The notes below the pieces were generated by a model, which worked only from the letters and a program-made list of their open reading frames with translations, was not told where the DNA came from and made no database searches. The position numbers were made by a program, and so were the translations under genes. Positions 16,463 through 17,260 of a DNA stretch of 17,260 nucleotides are shown in pieces. The stretch's first letter is position 1. Every line of letters starts with the position of its first letter. Source of the stretch: Elusimicrobiota bacterium (GTDB taxonomy: Bacteria > Elusimicrobiota > Endomicrobiia > CG1-02-37-114 > JAHJSO01); assembly GCA_043826435.1 (NCBI GenBank), contig JBDRQF010000040.1:1-17260 (forward strand), read 5' to 3'.

Positions 16463-17260
16463 ATGAAATCCAAACCCGCCATTGTTTTTGTTTTACTCTT
16501 TTCGGTTAGTCTGCTTTTTATTGTTTTTGACCTCACGGAAAAAGTTACCTTCATCAGAAACTTTATAAAATACCTCATAAAACCCGCACCCGGGATAGCC
16601 CTGAATATCATTGATACGGGCGAACGGATAGGGGGGAATGTCGTTTCCCTTGTTAAGGTTTTTGAGGAGAACCGTGCGCTCGTTAAGGAAAACGTCAGGC
16701 TGAAGATTATTGAGGAGCAAAACAGGATACTCGTCAGGCAGAACAATGAGTTAAGGGATATACTCAACCTGCCCAAGAGGCAGGGTTTCAATCTGGTTGC
16801 GGCAAGGGTGGTTGCAAGGGACCCCGTCCAATGGTTCAAGTCGGTCGCCATAAACAAGGGGTTTAATGACGGTATTGTATCCGGTTCACCCGTCCTGTGC
16901 TGTCACACGGGCAGGATATCGCTCGTCGGCAGGGTGGTTGAAGCGGATGCTGCCGGTTCAACGATTCTTCTGCTGACGGATTCGCTTTCCGGCGTTTCGG
17001 TTAAGGTTGTCCGTTCGGGTGAGATGGGCGTAATAATGGGGCAGAACTCCCCTGAATTTATTCTTGATTACATACTGCCTGACGGCGACATAAGGTTGGG
17101 AGACGAGGTCGTAACGGGCGGCATAGGAGGCGTATTCCCCGAAGGGTTGCCGGTGGGTGTTGTAACCGACGTCCACGGCAGGGGCAAGGGGCGTTTCAGG
17201 CAGGCGACGGTAAAACCCGTCGCCGGGTGGAATAGTTTGCACACGCTCGTGGTTATGGCA
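16463..17260 (+). CDS. mreC: Rod shape-determining protein MreC (3' truncated by window; not in the ORF track)
   Basis: Manual translation: N-terminal TM segment (MKSKPAIVFVLLFSVSLLFIVF), coiled-coil ENRALVKEN...NNELRDIL, ARVVARDP, INKG..DG, LVGRV, GDEVVTGGIGGVFPEGLPVG; open to the window end. Confidence 0.95.
   Translation, partial: MKSKPAIVFVLLFSVSLLFIVFDLTEKVTFIRNFIKYLIKPAPGIALNIIDTGERIGGNVVSLVKVFEENRALVKENVRLKIIEEQNRILVRQNNELRDILNLPKRQGFNLVAARVVARDPVQWFKSVAINKGFNDGIVSGSPVLCCHTGRISLVGRVVEADAAGSTILLLTDSLSGVSVKVVRSGEMGVIMGQNSPEFILDYILPDGDIRLGDEVVTGGIGGVFPEGLPVGVVTDVHGRGKGRFRQATVKPVAGWNSLHTLVVMA

Noticed and set aside
213..17242. Numerous minus-strand and alternative-frame ORFs in the ORF track
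   Set aside because: They overlap well-conserved + strand genes and show no recognisable motifs; they are shadow ORFs.
1..17260. Firm taxonomic assignment (Elusimicrobiota-like impression)
   Set aside because: Based only on recalled sequence style; needs a concatenated ribosomal-protein phylogeny.

Overview
Bacterial housekeeping region, all on the + strand: the 3' end of tuf, then the ribosomal superoperon S10-spc-alpha (rpsJ to rplO, secY, adk, map, infA, rpmJ, rpsM, rpsK, rpsD, rpoA, rplQ), followed with a 1-nt gap by mreB and a partial mreC. TGA is used as a stop, consistent with genetic code 11. rpmD (uL30) is missing from its usual position and bL17 lacks its conserved N-terminal segment. 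The unusual signals are in the few intergenic gaps. (1) A ~90-nt dispersed repeat that can fold occurs three times, directly upstream of the start regions of rpsN, rpsH and rpoA; two copies bracket rpsN as direct repeats. (2) Several gene termini are 'echoed' by nearby diverged copies whose differences are mostly synonymous (rpsJ/rplC junction, rpsD end, infA end, weakly the rplE end); the first echo creates a 21-aa uL3-like mini-ORF. Lineage cannot be established from sequence alone; an Elusimicrobiota-like origin is only a low-confidence impression. All alignments and folds were done by eye.
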